Shown here: one piece after another, positions 38,700-49,835 of the stretch
Layout: every line of letters begins with the position of its first letter
How positions within the stretch are numbered: the stretch's first letter is position 1
From: Rhynchobatus australiae
Taxonomy: Eukaryota
Reading direction: 5' to 3'
NCBI GenBank assembly: GCA_034780895.1
Contig: JAUZTB010000064.1
Location: 21,500,847 to 21,564,846 of the forward strand
Length of the DNA stretch: 64,000 nt
Made by a program: the position numbers and the translations under genes
The notes under the pieces: model-generated
The model's input: the letters and a program-made list of their open reading frames with translations, nothing else
The model's database searches: none
What the model was told of the DNA's origin: nothing

Positions 38700-39700
38700 T
38701 GTGTATCGTGGTTGATGCTATTTTGTGCACTTCCCTCGGATTGAAGTGCAGTGAAGATCATGCCCTTTTGCTTCCAGGAAGGTAGAATCCACAAGGCAAT
38801 TTGGGGAATAGCTCTTCAGACACTGGGAGGAGGCTGATGAAGGTGACCCTCATTACAACTTCTCTTGTGGCAGACAGTAGGAAGACCACTCTGTTATTAC
38901 CACAATATTTGTCTCCTTGAAGATGGTCATAATTGTGGTATGTTTGAGATCCCCTGCCACGTCTGCCAGATGTGTGGAGATGATACAGTAAATTTGTGTT
39001 TGAAGTTTCTCTATTATAGTTTTGGAACTTCAGCAGGCAGCCATGGTTGAAGGAGTGCTCAAATTGTTTCTTTGAGTAGATGCTACCTGTCTCTCTGTCC
39101 TTGAGGTTGACCTTCATTTTTAACTGTCTGGAGTGGGACTTTAGCTGATGGGAAATGGATGGCCTTGACAGCTGAAGGACCTATACAAGTCCCAGTTGTC
39201 AGTCAGTTGTTGGGCCTCCTCAGCTCTTTCCAACCACCGCCTTTGTCTTTAGATCACAGGTTTTCTATTAAACTTCAACCTTCAGGTACCTGTAAAGTTA
39301 TTTTTCTTTGAGACTTAGTGGAATTGCTAATCCAAGAATGCTTTCTAATTGTGGTTAATTAGCTCCTGGGTTGCTTGGTTATTCTCATCAAATTTTGTTT
39401 TCATATTTTTGTGGAGAAGCCAGGAGTCTCTTCACAGATGCTAACTATCATGGACTTAAGGGCGCCTTTGACCCTGTGAACACAATGGCTCCTTCAGGTT
39501 GGCTGAGGCTTTGAGTAAGGGGAATGCAATTTGCCAGGTTGTTTTTTGTATCTTTAATGAATTAGTATGTTGGTTATGACAAAACTGCTCTAAGCATTTT
39601 GGCAGGAGAAGGACTTGAGTTAATATAGTCCTTGCCGATCAAGCCTTGCCAGATGATTGCTTATCCTGACCGACTGTGAAACAACTAGGGCAATCAGATT
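38700..39700 (-). mobile_element. Decayed RTE-clade LINE fragment
   Basis: The - strand gives ATREVVMRVTFISLLPVSEELFPKLPCGF, homologous to 2870-2960. Confidence 0.55.
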
Positions 39701-39989
39701 GTCTCCCTCTGGGATTTGGACCAGGCTACACAATCTGGGTTTATTTTGGAGGCTACATCATTGCCCCATTTTCTAATCTTCCTGCCACAGTGCTGCACCT
39801 GCATCCAGCAAGAATCCTGCTTGAGTGGAGCTAAACTATAGTGCAACCATTTCAACCTGTGTTGCCTCCACTCCAGAACCAATATTGCCACAACCTTGGT
39901 CATCAAGCTGCAGTACATAAGCAATGCTTGTTCTGCACACGTTTGGGGAGCAAGATTCAAATAATTAACACATTTTCATTGAAGCATAC

Positions 39990-40570
39990 AAGAGAATGGA
40001 CCATGCAGTTCAACAAAATTAATGTCCTCTTTCAGTTTCCCGCCACTCTACAGTAAAACAATAAAGCCAAAAAAACATGGACCACTTCCCTTATTCTCTG
40101 AGCCATCTTCCAGTGAATATGAGAGTTAATGATGAAATTGACCATTGCTTTAGTGTGCAAAACAGCTTTGGCTGTCTGGGGGAGGGGGGGGGGGTGGAGA
40201 ATCAAGCTCCTCAGACCTGACACAAAGCTTGTGGTCCAGCAGGCAGCAGTGATCCTGCCCCTCCAGTGCACTTCTGAGATGAGGACCACCAACACAAAAA
40301 TTCCTCTGAATCCACTGGAAGGATACACAAACCAATCTCAACATCCTCTCCCAGACTAACTTTGCCAGCATTGAGGTATTACTTATGCTGAGTCAGCTCC
40401 AATGGGCAGGTCACATCATTTGCATGCCCATCAGACTCCTGAAGCTAATGCTCTATTATGATGTGTGTCATGGCAAGAAATGGTGGACAGTGGAAAGGGT
40501 TTGGAGAAAAAATGTAAAATCCACAATAAAACACATGAATTGTGTGGAGGAAGAGTGGGACCTTGGAGTG
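39990..40570 (+). mobile_element. RTE-clade LINE 3' fragment
   Basis: LRPDTKLVV.QAAVI and SQLQWAGHII motifs; homologous to 3650-3950. Confidence 0.55.
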
Positions 40571-40599
40571 TGTATCTGCAGATCCTTAACGTTAGCATG

Positions 40600-41190
40600 A
40601 TAGATCAATAAGCAAGTTAAAGATGCATTCAGGGTGCCATCCTTTCCTAATCAAGGCATAGAACCTAAGAGTGAAGAGGTTATACTAGGAATGTATGTAA
40701 TGCAAGGCACCCCACTGTTTCAGCATGCAGTTTTGGTTGCCATATTCAAAAAAAAGATGCAATTGCACTGGAGAATATCCAAAGGAAATTTATGAAGATT
40801 TTGCCATGAATGGGAAATTCTACATTAGATGAGCAACAGTTGATTTCTTTTGGAGCACAGTAAGCTGAAGAGAAACTTGATTGGGGTGGGAGGAGCTAAG
40901 AGTAAACAGGAAACATGTATTTCATACCAGAGGGATTAAAAATCAGGGGCATATATTTAAAGTAATTAGTTGAAAGATTAGAGGGCAGACAGGGAAAATG
41001 TTTTCCACTCAAAAGGTGATTGGGGTCTGGAACTCACTGAAGGGTGGTGGAGTCAGAAAAACTCCATGTGGGCATGTATCTGGGGGAACTGCTGGACCAT
41101 GGACAGTACTGGAAGGTGGGATTAGTTCTTGCTCATCCAGCTTGGACTGGATAGATGGTTTGGCTTGTATGTAGTAAATTTTCTATGATT
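40600..41190 (+). mobile_element. Old CR1 3' fragment
   Basis: GCAGTTTTGGTTGCCAT...GATGCAATTGCACTGGAGA and GGGGTCTGGAACTCACTG match CR1 ORF2 end motifs. Confidence 0.6.
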
Positions 41191-41348
41191 TCTAATAATG
41201 CATGATATACTCTTTACTAATATGTAATTTTATAAGTTTCATCTTTCCATACTGTTACTGTGTAACATTTTGAGTAATACAGGTGAATCCTACATTTATG
41301 TTTGCTTCAAATGAGCAAAATAAATCTGAAATATTTTTACATTTGTAG

Positions 41349-41505
41349 CTAACTGAAGAACGTCCAGATGCTTCTGCTGAAGAGATTGAAGAGCTGCTTG
41401 AGTCTCAGTGGGCTTTGCTGAGTGATAAACAGCGAGCACGTTACAATACCAAGTTTTCTATAGTTACTCCAGTTACAGAGCACAAATCACCTGTATCAGG
41501 TTCAG
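41349..41505 (+). CDS. NSD2: NSD2 coding exon 5 (HMG box)
   Basis: Acceptor tttgtag|. Reads [53 protein letters not shown]. Donor CAG|GTGAGC; 157 nt, phase 0 to 1. Confidence 0.93.
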
Positions 41506-42088
41506 GTGAGCATAAGTTATCTGTGACTGTGCTAAAGTTTAACTCTGCAAGTGTTTAGATTCAGACAAAAGTTAAATACAAGATCCAAAAATATATTTCT
41601 AAGCCCTTTAGTGATGCAGAGAAACATTCTTGATTGCATCAGACAGATTGAGTAAAATGGAAACTTAAAATCTGGGTGAAATGTGAAGCCGACATTGAAT
41701 CCAATCCAGTCAGTTTTCTCATTGCAAGTTATGTTAAAATTGTCCCCATTGTGGCACTTCCAATACAGTATAGTTCTGTGTCAAGCAAATGCAGTATTCT
41801 TGCCCAGTATTATTTTACTACATTGTAGTCTATAAAAGAAATTTAACAATAAATAACTGATGAATCGTCATTTCAAATATTAATTGTAGTTTGTCTCTCT
41901 CATCTGGTTAATTGTTTAAATGGCCTTTTGATTATCAGTATAACCTTTATTTCATACAGTACTAAAAGCAACCAGATGCGAGACACAAGAGGATCTTAAT
42001 TATTAATGATATCAAACTGACAAAACGTGAATTCTAAATGTTCATTCACTCATTTTTGTTTCTATTCTCTTCATTATTGTTTCAATAG

Positions 42089-42166
42089 GTTTTTCAACAG
42101 GATCACCTGGGCCCACCAGGCGCAGAGTTCTACAGGATTCTCCAAAAAGAACAACTAGATCTAGTG
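42089..42166 (+). CDS. NSD2: Probable NSD2 coding exon 6 (symmetric 78-nt exon, possibly a cassette)
   Basis: Long pyrimidine tract then caatag|. Reads (G)FSTGSPGPTRRRVLQDSPKRTTRSS. Donor GTG|GTAGGT; phase 1 to 1, open in the expected frame. An alternative in-frame acceptor lies at 42100. Confidence 0.6.
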
Positions 42167-42921
42167 GTAGGTCAAAGGAAATCATTTTCTAATTAATTGA
42201 TGTGATTTTTGTCAACTGTGTGGGGGGGAAAAAATAATCTAGAGTTTTTGCATTTCACTGTGCTTACCTATATAATTCCTGGTTCAGTTCAGGAATGCAG
42301 TTGCAAAAATCAGTAATAATTATCAAATTTGTAATTTGAAAAAAAATTGAAGTAGAAATTTTGAAATCATTCGTTTCTACTCTTGGTCTTGTCACAAAGT
42401 TGACTCCGTCATTGATGCATCTTCTCTGTTGGAATACTGTATTCCAAAGAGTACACTGACAGCTCACTTGTGTTTCCTTTTGTTCAGTAACCCCAACTGG
42501 CCCATCCTACTTTCTCTGTTCTTTCTGTACAGTGTGCCCATTGGAGTCTAATCTGGCCAGTTATCATCCTGACCAACTTGTCACTCCCAATGCTGGTCAT
42601 ATGGATTTTTTTCCACTGCTCCAGCTATCACTGTTTCTGCAACTCTTTCCAAAATCTCCATTCATCTGTCGTCTTTGAGTTTATTGTGGACATTTTCATT
42701 TGCATTTACATTGTGTCCTTAATGAAATTTGCCTGAGTGATTACATTTTTCCCCACTCTAAATGTAGCCTCCCCTCCTGACTGTACCTTGCCAAAGAGAA
42801 GGTTCGGAAATTCAACCTTGGCCCCTTGCTCCTGGTTGAACATAGCACCTTGTTCTGCTGTCTTGCTTCTCAAATAAAACAAACTTTCTCATTTGGCTAC
42901 CCTGCTTCCTCACTGAGATAG

Positions 42922-43258
42922 AATCATAGAGATGTACAGCATGGAAATGGACCCTTCAGCCTGCCATATACAATCTGATCATCAAATACCCATTTTTGCA
43001 CTAAACCTATCTTGACCCACTTTACTCTCGTTGCATTCCTGTCAGTTCCCCAAAGATTCTGCCACTCATCTATGTACAATTTAAAATGGCCAATTAACCT
43101 TCCAAAATGCACATTTTTTTGGATGTGGGATGAAACCAGAACACCTGGAGGAAAACCACCTGGTTACAGGGAGACTGTGTAAACTGCACACAGCACCAGA
43201 GGTCAGGATTGAACCTACTTTGCTGGAGCTAAGGGGCAGCAGATCTAGCTGCATCACT
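42922..43258 (-). mobile_element. HE1-like V-SINE
   Basis: Reverse-complement copy of the 15572-15918 family, with head, V-domain and CR1 tail. Confidence 0.78.
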
Positions 43259-43669
43259 ACAGATCTCATTACTGTTTTCCTCCCTGAGTGTCTGTGTCAA
43301 GTGATTTCCTGTCCTCTGTATTTGCAACATCTGTGTAAATTTATCATGCATTATCTTCTGTTGTTGTTTTTTACTCCAGTGGTCCCTTTCTTCATGTAAA
43401 TTCCTCAGCCAAGTTTAGCATCCACCCCTTTGACCTTGCCAGTTCACGTGATCTTTCTAATTTCATTATCTTAAATCACAGATAAAACATCTCTTATCAT
43501 GTACATTTTCCTCTTTCTCTTTTCCATATACATCCTTTTTTTTTGATGCCCTCTGGAAGTGGGGCTCTCAATTCACACAAAACAGTATTTTAAAATTTTC
43601 AATTGTCACTTTTAGGGTTCCATTCACTAGGATATTTCTACCACCACAGATCTGCTTGATTAAATAGGC

Positions 43670-44690
43670 ATTGAGTAATACAACATGGAAATAGGCTTTT
43701 TGGCCCAACAAGTCCATGCTGACCATCTTGTCCACCAAGCTAGTCCCAATTTCCTGTGTTTGGGCCATTATCCCTCCAGGCCCCTCCCCTCCGTGTACCT
43801 GTCCAGTGCTTACCTTGTGTTGTACCCACCTCAACCATTTCCTCTGACAGCTCGTTCCATATACTCACCAACGTCTGTGTGAATAGGTTGCCCCTCAGGC
43901 CCCTTTTTAAATCTTGCCCTTATCCTCAATCTATGCCCCCTAGTTTTGGATTCCCCTACCCTAGAGAAAAGATTGTTAACGTCCACCTTATCTATACCCC
44001 TTGTAATTTAAAATACTTCTATAATGTCACCCCTCATTCTCCTACATTCCAAGGAATAAAGATCTAGCCTGGCCAACCTCTCCCTTTAACTCTGGTCCTG
44101 GCAACATGCTTGTAAATCTTTTCTGCACTCATTCCAGTTTAACCACATCTTTTCTATAACTGAGTGACCAAAACTGTACACTACTCCAAATGCAAAAACT
44201 TGGACAACTGCAACAAAATGTCCCAACTCAGTGCCCTGACTGATGAAGGCCAACATGCTAAATGCCTTTTTCAGCATCCTGTCGACCTATGATGCTGCTT
44301 TCAAGGAACTAGGCACTTGTACTCCTTGGTTCCTCTGTTCCATTGCACTTCCTAGTGCCCTACCATTCATAGTACAAGTCCTACTCTGACTTGACTTTCC
44401 AAAATGCATCACCTCGCACTTGAAATCCATTTGCCACTCCTTGCCCCACTTCCCTAACTGATCAAGATTTCCTCCTTTTTTCCCCCCATAATCTATGATC
44501 ACCTTCTTCACTATCAACACCACCTCCTAATTTCGTGTCATCTGCAAAATTGCTGATTAAGCCTTGTGCATTCACATCCAGATCATTTATATAAATAATG
44601 AACAGTAAGGATCCCTGCAGCACACCACTAATCACTGGCCTCCATTTTGAGAAACAACCTTCAACCACCACTCTCTGCTTCCTACCTTGA
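43670..44690 (-). mobile_element. 5'-truncated CR1 LINE
   Basis: The - strand gives SGVLQGSLLFIIYINDLD...ISNFADDTKLGG and KCEVMHFG; tail at about 43675. Confidence 0.88.
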
Positions 44691-45324
44691 GCTCTGTCAT
44701 CCTACCTTACATCTTAAGCTGTCTTTGGTTTCCAAGTTCTCAATTAAGATCACTACTCTTAGCTTGACAGCTTTCCATTAGTAACCTGATCTCTGCTCAC
44801 TTAAGCCCAAAGGGTACAGACTTGAAAGGAGATCATGGGCACTTGCTTTAACCATTCACAGCAAAATCAGGACCATGTTGTACTATTGGACAATGTTGTA
44901 CTATTGCTTCTCAATTCATTCAGTCTTCTGGTATCATCCTGCAATGCAAAGAAAAATCTTTCCACAAAGAAAAGATCTCCTAAACACCTTAAACCAAATT
45001 CTTCTGTTCTTTCCTCCAATACAAAATTTAAGGAGCTCATAATGTCAGAGCAACTTTGTCTGCCACTTTCCCCTCTCCTCCAGCCCATTGAACCAAAATA
45101 TCTCTCTCACCCTAGCTCTGAATTTGTATCTTGCTTCCTTCTTATCTCCCCTTTGGTGGCTGTTCTTTCAACTGCTTGAGTCCAAAGCTCTGGAAGTTCC
45201 CCAGGAAGGCAGAATGATTTACAATCTCCTTTCCCTTTCAAGATGCTCCATGAAAGCACTTTTACCAAACTTTGGTCATCTACTCTATTAACTCTATATA
45301 TAACTAGGCTATAAACTTTCATGA

Positions 45325-46580
45325 ATATAACATAAGAAATAAGAGCAGGAGCAGCCAACCATTCCTTTTGCTTATGTTACCTTCAGTAAGATCATGGCTG
45401 AATAGATTTTGGCCTCTTATCCATTTTTCTGCCCAGTCACTGATACCTGTCCATAATTAGAGGCAAATTGAGAAGCATTTTTGAGGTATCGACTTGTACT
45501 TGAATGAGAAGTCCACAGAGGGATATAGAATTAATGCAGGCAAGTGGGATTAGTGTTGATAGGTATGATGGTTGGCATAGACACGGTAGGCTGAAGGTCC
45601 TGTTTCTGTGCTGTAGAACTCTGACTGTAAGTGAGTCATCACCCACAACTCTCCAGAATAAAATAAAATTCCCAAGATTCAAACCCCTCAAAGAAGAAAT
45701 TCATCCTTTAAGTGGTCAGTCACTTAACACTGATTTACTTATTCTGAAACTATAACCCCTGATTCTGGACTTCACTATCAGAGATACCCCTTCACAGCAT
45801 CTAACCTGTCAAGCACTGTCAGAATTTTTCCTCTGAGATCGCCTAAATTCCAGAGTGCATAGGATAGTTCTCCTCTATGTCTCCCCTTTAAAGCAATCCT
45901 CTCATCCCATTAATAGCCTCACACCAGTTAACTATTTTCTACTTTTCCTACCAAAGTGAGTAACATAACACTTGCTCTCATGTATACTGTATCATTCCAT
46001 GCATGTTCCTTTACAGAAGTTACTTTTCCACTATCTTTATATCATTAACAAGGTGGCAGTACTAGCAGTGACCCATGAGATAGCCAACTAGTTATAGTTT
46101 GATAACTTTGTTATACTTTTGTTTGTCTGTTAATCATTCTGTCCATTGCCTTTATCCCAATGAGTCCATGTATTCTGAAGTAATCTTTTAGGTGTGAGTT
46201 ATCAAATGCCTTTTCCAAATCCAGATATATGCTTTATCCACTTGCACCCCTCTATCTACCATGCTAGTTACATCCTCCAAGCAGATTTAATTTGTCAAAC
46301 AAGATTTCCTATTTATAAAACTATGTTGATGCTGCTGAACCAGCTTGTGCTTTTCTAAGTGCTCTTATTGTTTCCTTAATAATGGATTCTGGCATATTCC
46401 CATGTTAGGATTCAATGTTGGGATAACTGTGACCCATTGTTTCCCAGTTTCTTCTTTTATTGAAGAATGATGTTGCTTTTGTTGTTTTCCAATTAATTGT
46501 GACTTTTCCAGGATTTAAAGAATTCTGGAAGATGACAACCAATGCAGCTTGTAGAGCCCTTGGATGCAAGCTATTAAGTG
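45325..46580 (-). mobile_element. Old fragmented CR1 element(s)
   Basis: Tail AACATAAGAAATAAGAGCAGGAG and TCAAATGCCTTTTCCAAATCCAGATA (reverse of YLDL/FxKAFD); a small + strand CR1 tail lies at about 45480-45630. Confidence 0.5.
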
Positions 46581-47119
46581 TAGGGGTTTTATTAGTTTGT
46601 CCAGAAGCATTTTGAGAGTTTTTATTTTAAGACTTCATATAAGCACACATTGATGCTGTCATTAGCAGTTACTGACAATAATTGCTTTTGATTTATTCAA
46701 TTTAATTCAATTCAATATTGATTGCAAACTTGATGGATTTTAACCAATCAGTAATTTTGGCTTATGGACTTGACTCTTAAGTGTGACTCCTTTTGGAAGA
46801 AATGACCCACGAGACTTGAACTGGACACAAGATTTTTAAATATGTAACTGCCTACAGTCTGAGGGAGCAACACTCAGACATAGATGTGAGTTTTCATGTG
46901 CCACACTTTTATTTCTTAAGTGCCACAGTCCTGTAAGAAATATTTTCATTTGGGACATGATAACGATGAGCTGCAGTTGTAATGATTTGTGAAAACTGGG
47001 AGTCCATAGCCATTGTGACTCTAGAAATAAAAAGAACTTAACGATGCATGTAAGATGTGAAGTTAGTATCAAGCCAAAAATCAAACCCAGTCTTCATTAT
47101 TGAAGTCCTTAGAAAATAG

Positions 47120-47540
47120 AGAAAATTTAAATTTGTATAGCACTGAATTATGTACTCAGGATCTTTCAAAGCACTTCACCGCCCAAATTTATTTAGTTCC
47201 AAAGGTGAATGCATCAACCAATTAGTAAGGCAGCACAAGCAGCCAGTATGATGACAACTTTAATCTTTTTTGATCAGTGCGTCAGAGAACAATGCACTAC
47301 AGGGAAGACTGGACGTGTCATTCAGAGAACTGTTTTTGATTAATGCCATTGGTTCTTTTTATATTCACCTGATTAAGCAGGCAGGACATCAGCTTAATGC
47401 CATCTGCAAGTTGGCAACACTGGCTCTGGAGCTTCCTCAATTGCACGGGTCGGTAGTCTTGATTAAGTACTTAAATCCTGGAGATGGGCTTGAACTCGAT
47501 GCCTTCCAATCTGGACAGAATTGGTAAAAGCTGTGCCAAG
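47120..47540 (-). mobile_element. Deu-domain SINE
   Basis: TGCCATTGGTTCTTTTTATATTCACCTGA is the reverse of the Deu core at about 13420. Confidence 0.5.
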
Positions 47541-47570
47541 TTATTAACTGTACATTATTTCTCGATACAG

Positions 47571-47692
47571 TGACCTCTGAATCAACTAGACAAAGAAGGC
47601 TATCCAGAAAAGTAATAGATTACAGAGAGGACTCCCCAGAACGAATCGGTTCCAGTAAGAGATTAAAGCGAAGTTATCAGGAGGATGAAAAG
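47571..47692 (+). CDS. NSD2: NSD2 coding exon 7 (basic linker)
   Basis: Acceptor gatacag|. Reads (V)TSESTRQRRLSRKVIDYREDSPERIGSSKRLKRSYQEDEK. Donor AAG|GTACTT; 122 nt, phase 1 to 0 as required by the flanking exons. Confidence 0.75.
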
Positions 47693-49436
47693 GTACTTAT
47701 TTTGTTGCAGGTGAAATTCTGAATACTGTGCAGCGTGTGGTCTGAACCCTTGCCATCTTATGTATTGACACATTTAATATCAATGTAAATGAAGAAGTAG
47801 ATTTTTTCAGTTCACTTTGACTAAATCATATTTCATCCTGGTAAAATTGGCCTTACCCCAGTTTAAAACTTCTACTCCTGATCTGTTTTTACCCTTTTCA
47901 AAATCCAGCTGACCTCTTGCTTTTGCTGCTCCTGCCCCTTACCCTACCCAGTTGAATTATGTGGGTTTCACAAGCTGAGTCAGCATTTAGTTGCCCTTGA
48001 GAGGGCAGTGCCTCCTTGAAATGCTGCAGTTTCCACTTAGATTCCCCAAAGCTAAATCCAGTGTTGGCATCTTGCTTGTTGGGCTTTCTATGTACTGATT
48101 TTAAAAGTTCTCTAATGCATTTGAAGATGGGACAAATGCTGCTCTTGCCAGTGACACCCACATCCTGTATGTGACTTTTTGTAAAATAAGTCCTGCAAGG
48201 CTAAAGCATTGTCATCATACCCAGAGAGTTGTTTCCAATACTTGCCATGCACCCCTGCTCAATGAATGATGAGTGAGATATTTCTCCTTTCTCTTCTTCC
48301 CTGTAATTATTCTGACTGGTGTTTTTCTGATCGATCTTCTTTTCAAACCTGAAAGTGTTACACACAAAGGGATCTTCCTCCACCTGAGTATGTTGTCTTC
48401 TCATATACCTGACTTTTAACTGTTAACTCAAAGCTCTCACTACTAAAACCCAAAGATAAACTTTGCTTAATTACTGCTACCTACCCTACCATGGTTTCAT
48501 TTTTCCTGCCTTGGTGAAGCTGTTCATATAAGTTACTCAATTTTTCAAAAGAAAATTTCCCACAACATAAAATTGTATTGCATTTATCAATCACTTAGAT
48601 TTTTAGAAAGGATGTTCAGAATATGGAAAATATGACATGCTGTATGAGCTTAATGGAAGTCCTGCTTGCTTGTTATTTCTTGATGCTTCTTTTGAGCCAG
48701 TAACTGCACTAGATTGCGTTTCTTCTGTCAGATTTGATTCTTAAAGCACAGATTGAACCCTCAATATTAAATAAGCAAACTTTAAATTAAAAGTTATAGC
48801 ACTAATGTTAATGTTTGACCTCATCATGTGTATATACTGCATTAACATATGCCATTGCCAGCACAAGTCTTAGAGTATCTTTTTGAACATCAATGGAACA
48901 ATTTCTGACACTAAATAATCTGTTTGCTTTTTCTGTTATGCTCTGAGTAATTGCTGTATCACAAATTGTGAAGACCCTTTTCTAGCATTTGTCTCTATCC
49001 TCCCAACTCAGTGATAAATACTTCCAGCTTTCCTGTCATGCAGCCCCTGCAAGAGGAAAAATAATTAATCCGTCTTGATTTGATAATTTGAGGAGTATCA
49101 AGACAGATATCTTTGACCCCTCAAAGTTCTAATCTAGTAAATTTAGAAATTTTATCAAACAGTGATTAAATTATATTTACTAAATCAGATTTTCATCCTG
49201 TTGCGTCCATATCTAAATGTTGACAGCAATGTTAATAATAACAACTGCTTCTAAGAATGATTCAAACAATAGAATAAATGTACTTAAAATTGGAACATCT
49301 TCATGGCATTTCATCCTGATTCTTTTGAGAACTATAGTAAACCTTGCTGTGTGCCTGATAGTTTTTTTTCATATTAAATGTTTTGTATACATGTTGATTA
49401 ATTAATACTGACTTTTATATTTTATGATTTTCAAAG

Positions 49437-49542
49437 TATGATTTCGGTAAAACTGATCAGGCAGAAGCATGTGGAAGTGATGGTATTGAGGCTGGAGAAA
49501 CACTACCCACTTATACCAATGCATCCCAAAACAGTCAATCAG
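49437..49542 (+). CDS. NSD2: NSD2 coding exon 8 (linker)
   Basis: Acceptor ttttcaaag|. Reads YDFGKTDQAEACGSDGIEAGETLPTYTNASQNSQS. Donor CAG|GTAAAA; 106 nt, phase 0 to 1, which bridges exons 7 and 9. Confidence 0.72.
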
Positions 49543-49710
49543 GTAAAAATTATCAGTTTAAATATAATTGTATTTTTTAGTAAAATTCCTAGGACTGACT
49601 TTACACATTTTAAACCAAATTCATAGGTAGCATCTACATGTTCAGTAAGAAAGAAGCTTAAAATTCCTAATTTGTTAAACTCAGTTTCTGAAGTTTACTT
49701 TTTTCCCTAG

Positions 49711-49835
49711 ATATAAGCAAACTCTCTGATGCATGTAAACCACTGAAAAAACGAAGCAGGGCATCAACTGCTGAAACCATGGTACCAGCTGTCAGCAAGA
49801 ATCCATCTCCTCTAACTGTGTTAACAGAAAATGAG
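49711..49835 (+). CDS. NSD2: NSD2 coding exon 9
   Basis: Acceptor ttttccctag|. Reads (D)[41 protein letters not shown], matching the NSD2 motif [11 protein letters not shown]...LTENE. Donor GAG|GTAATT; 125 nt. Confidence 0.93.
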
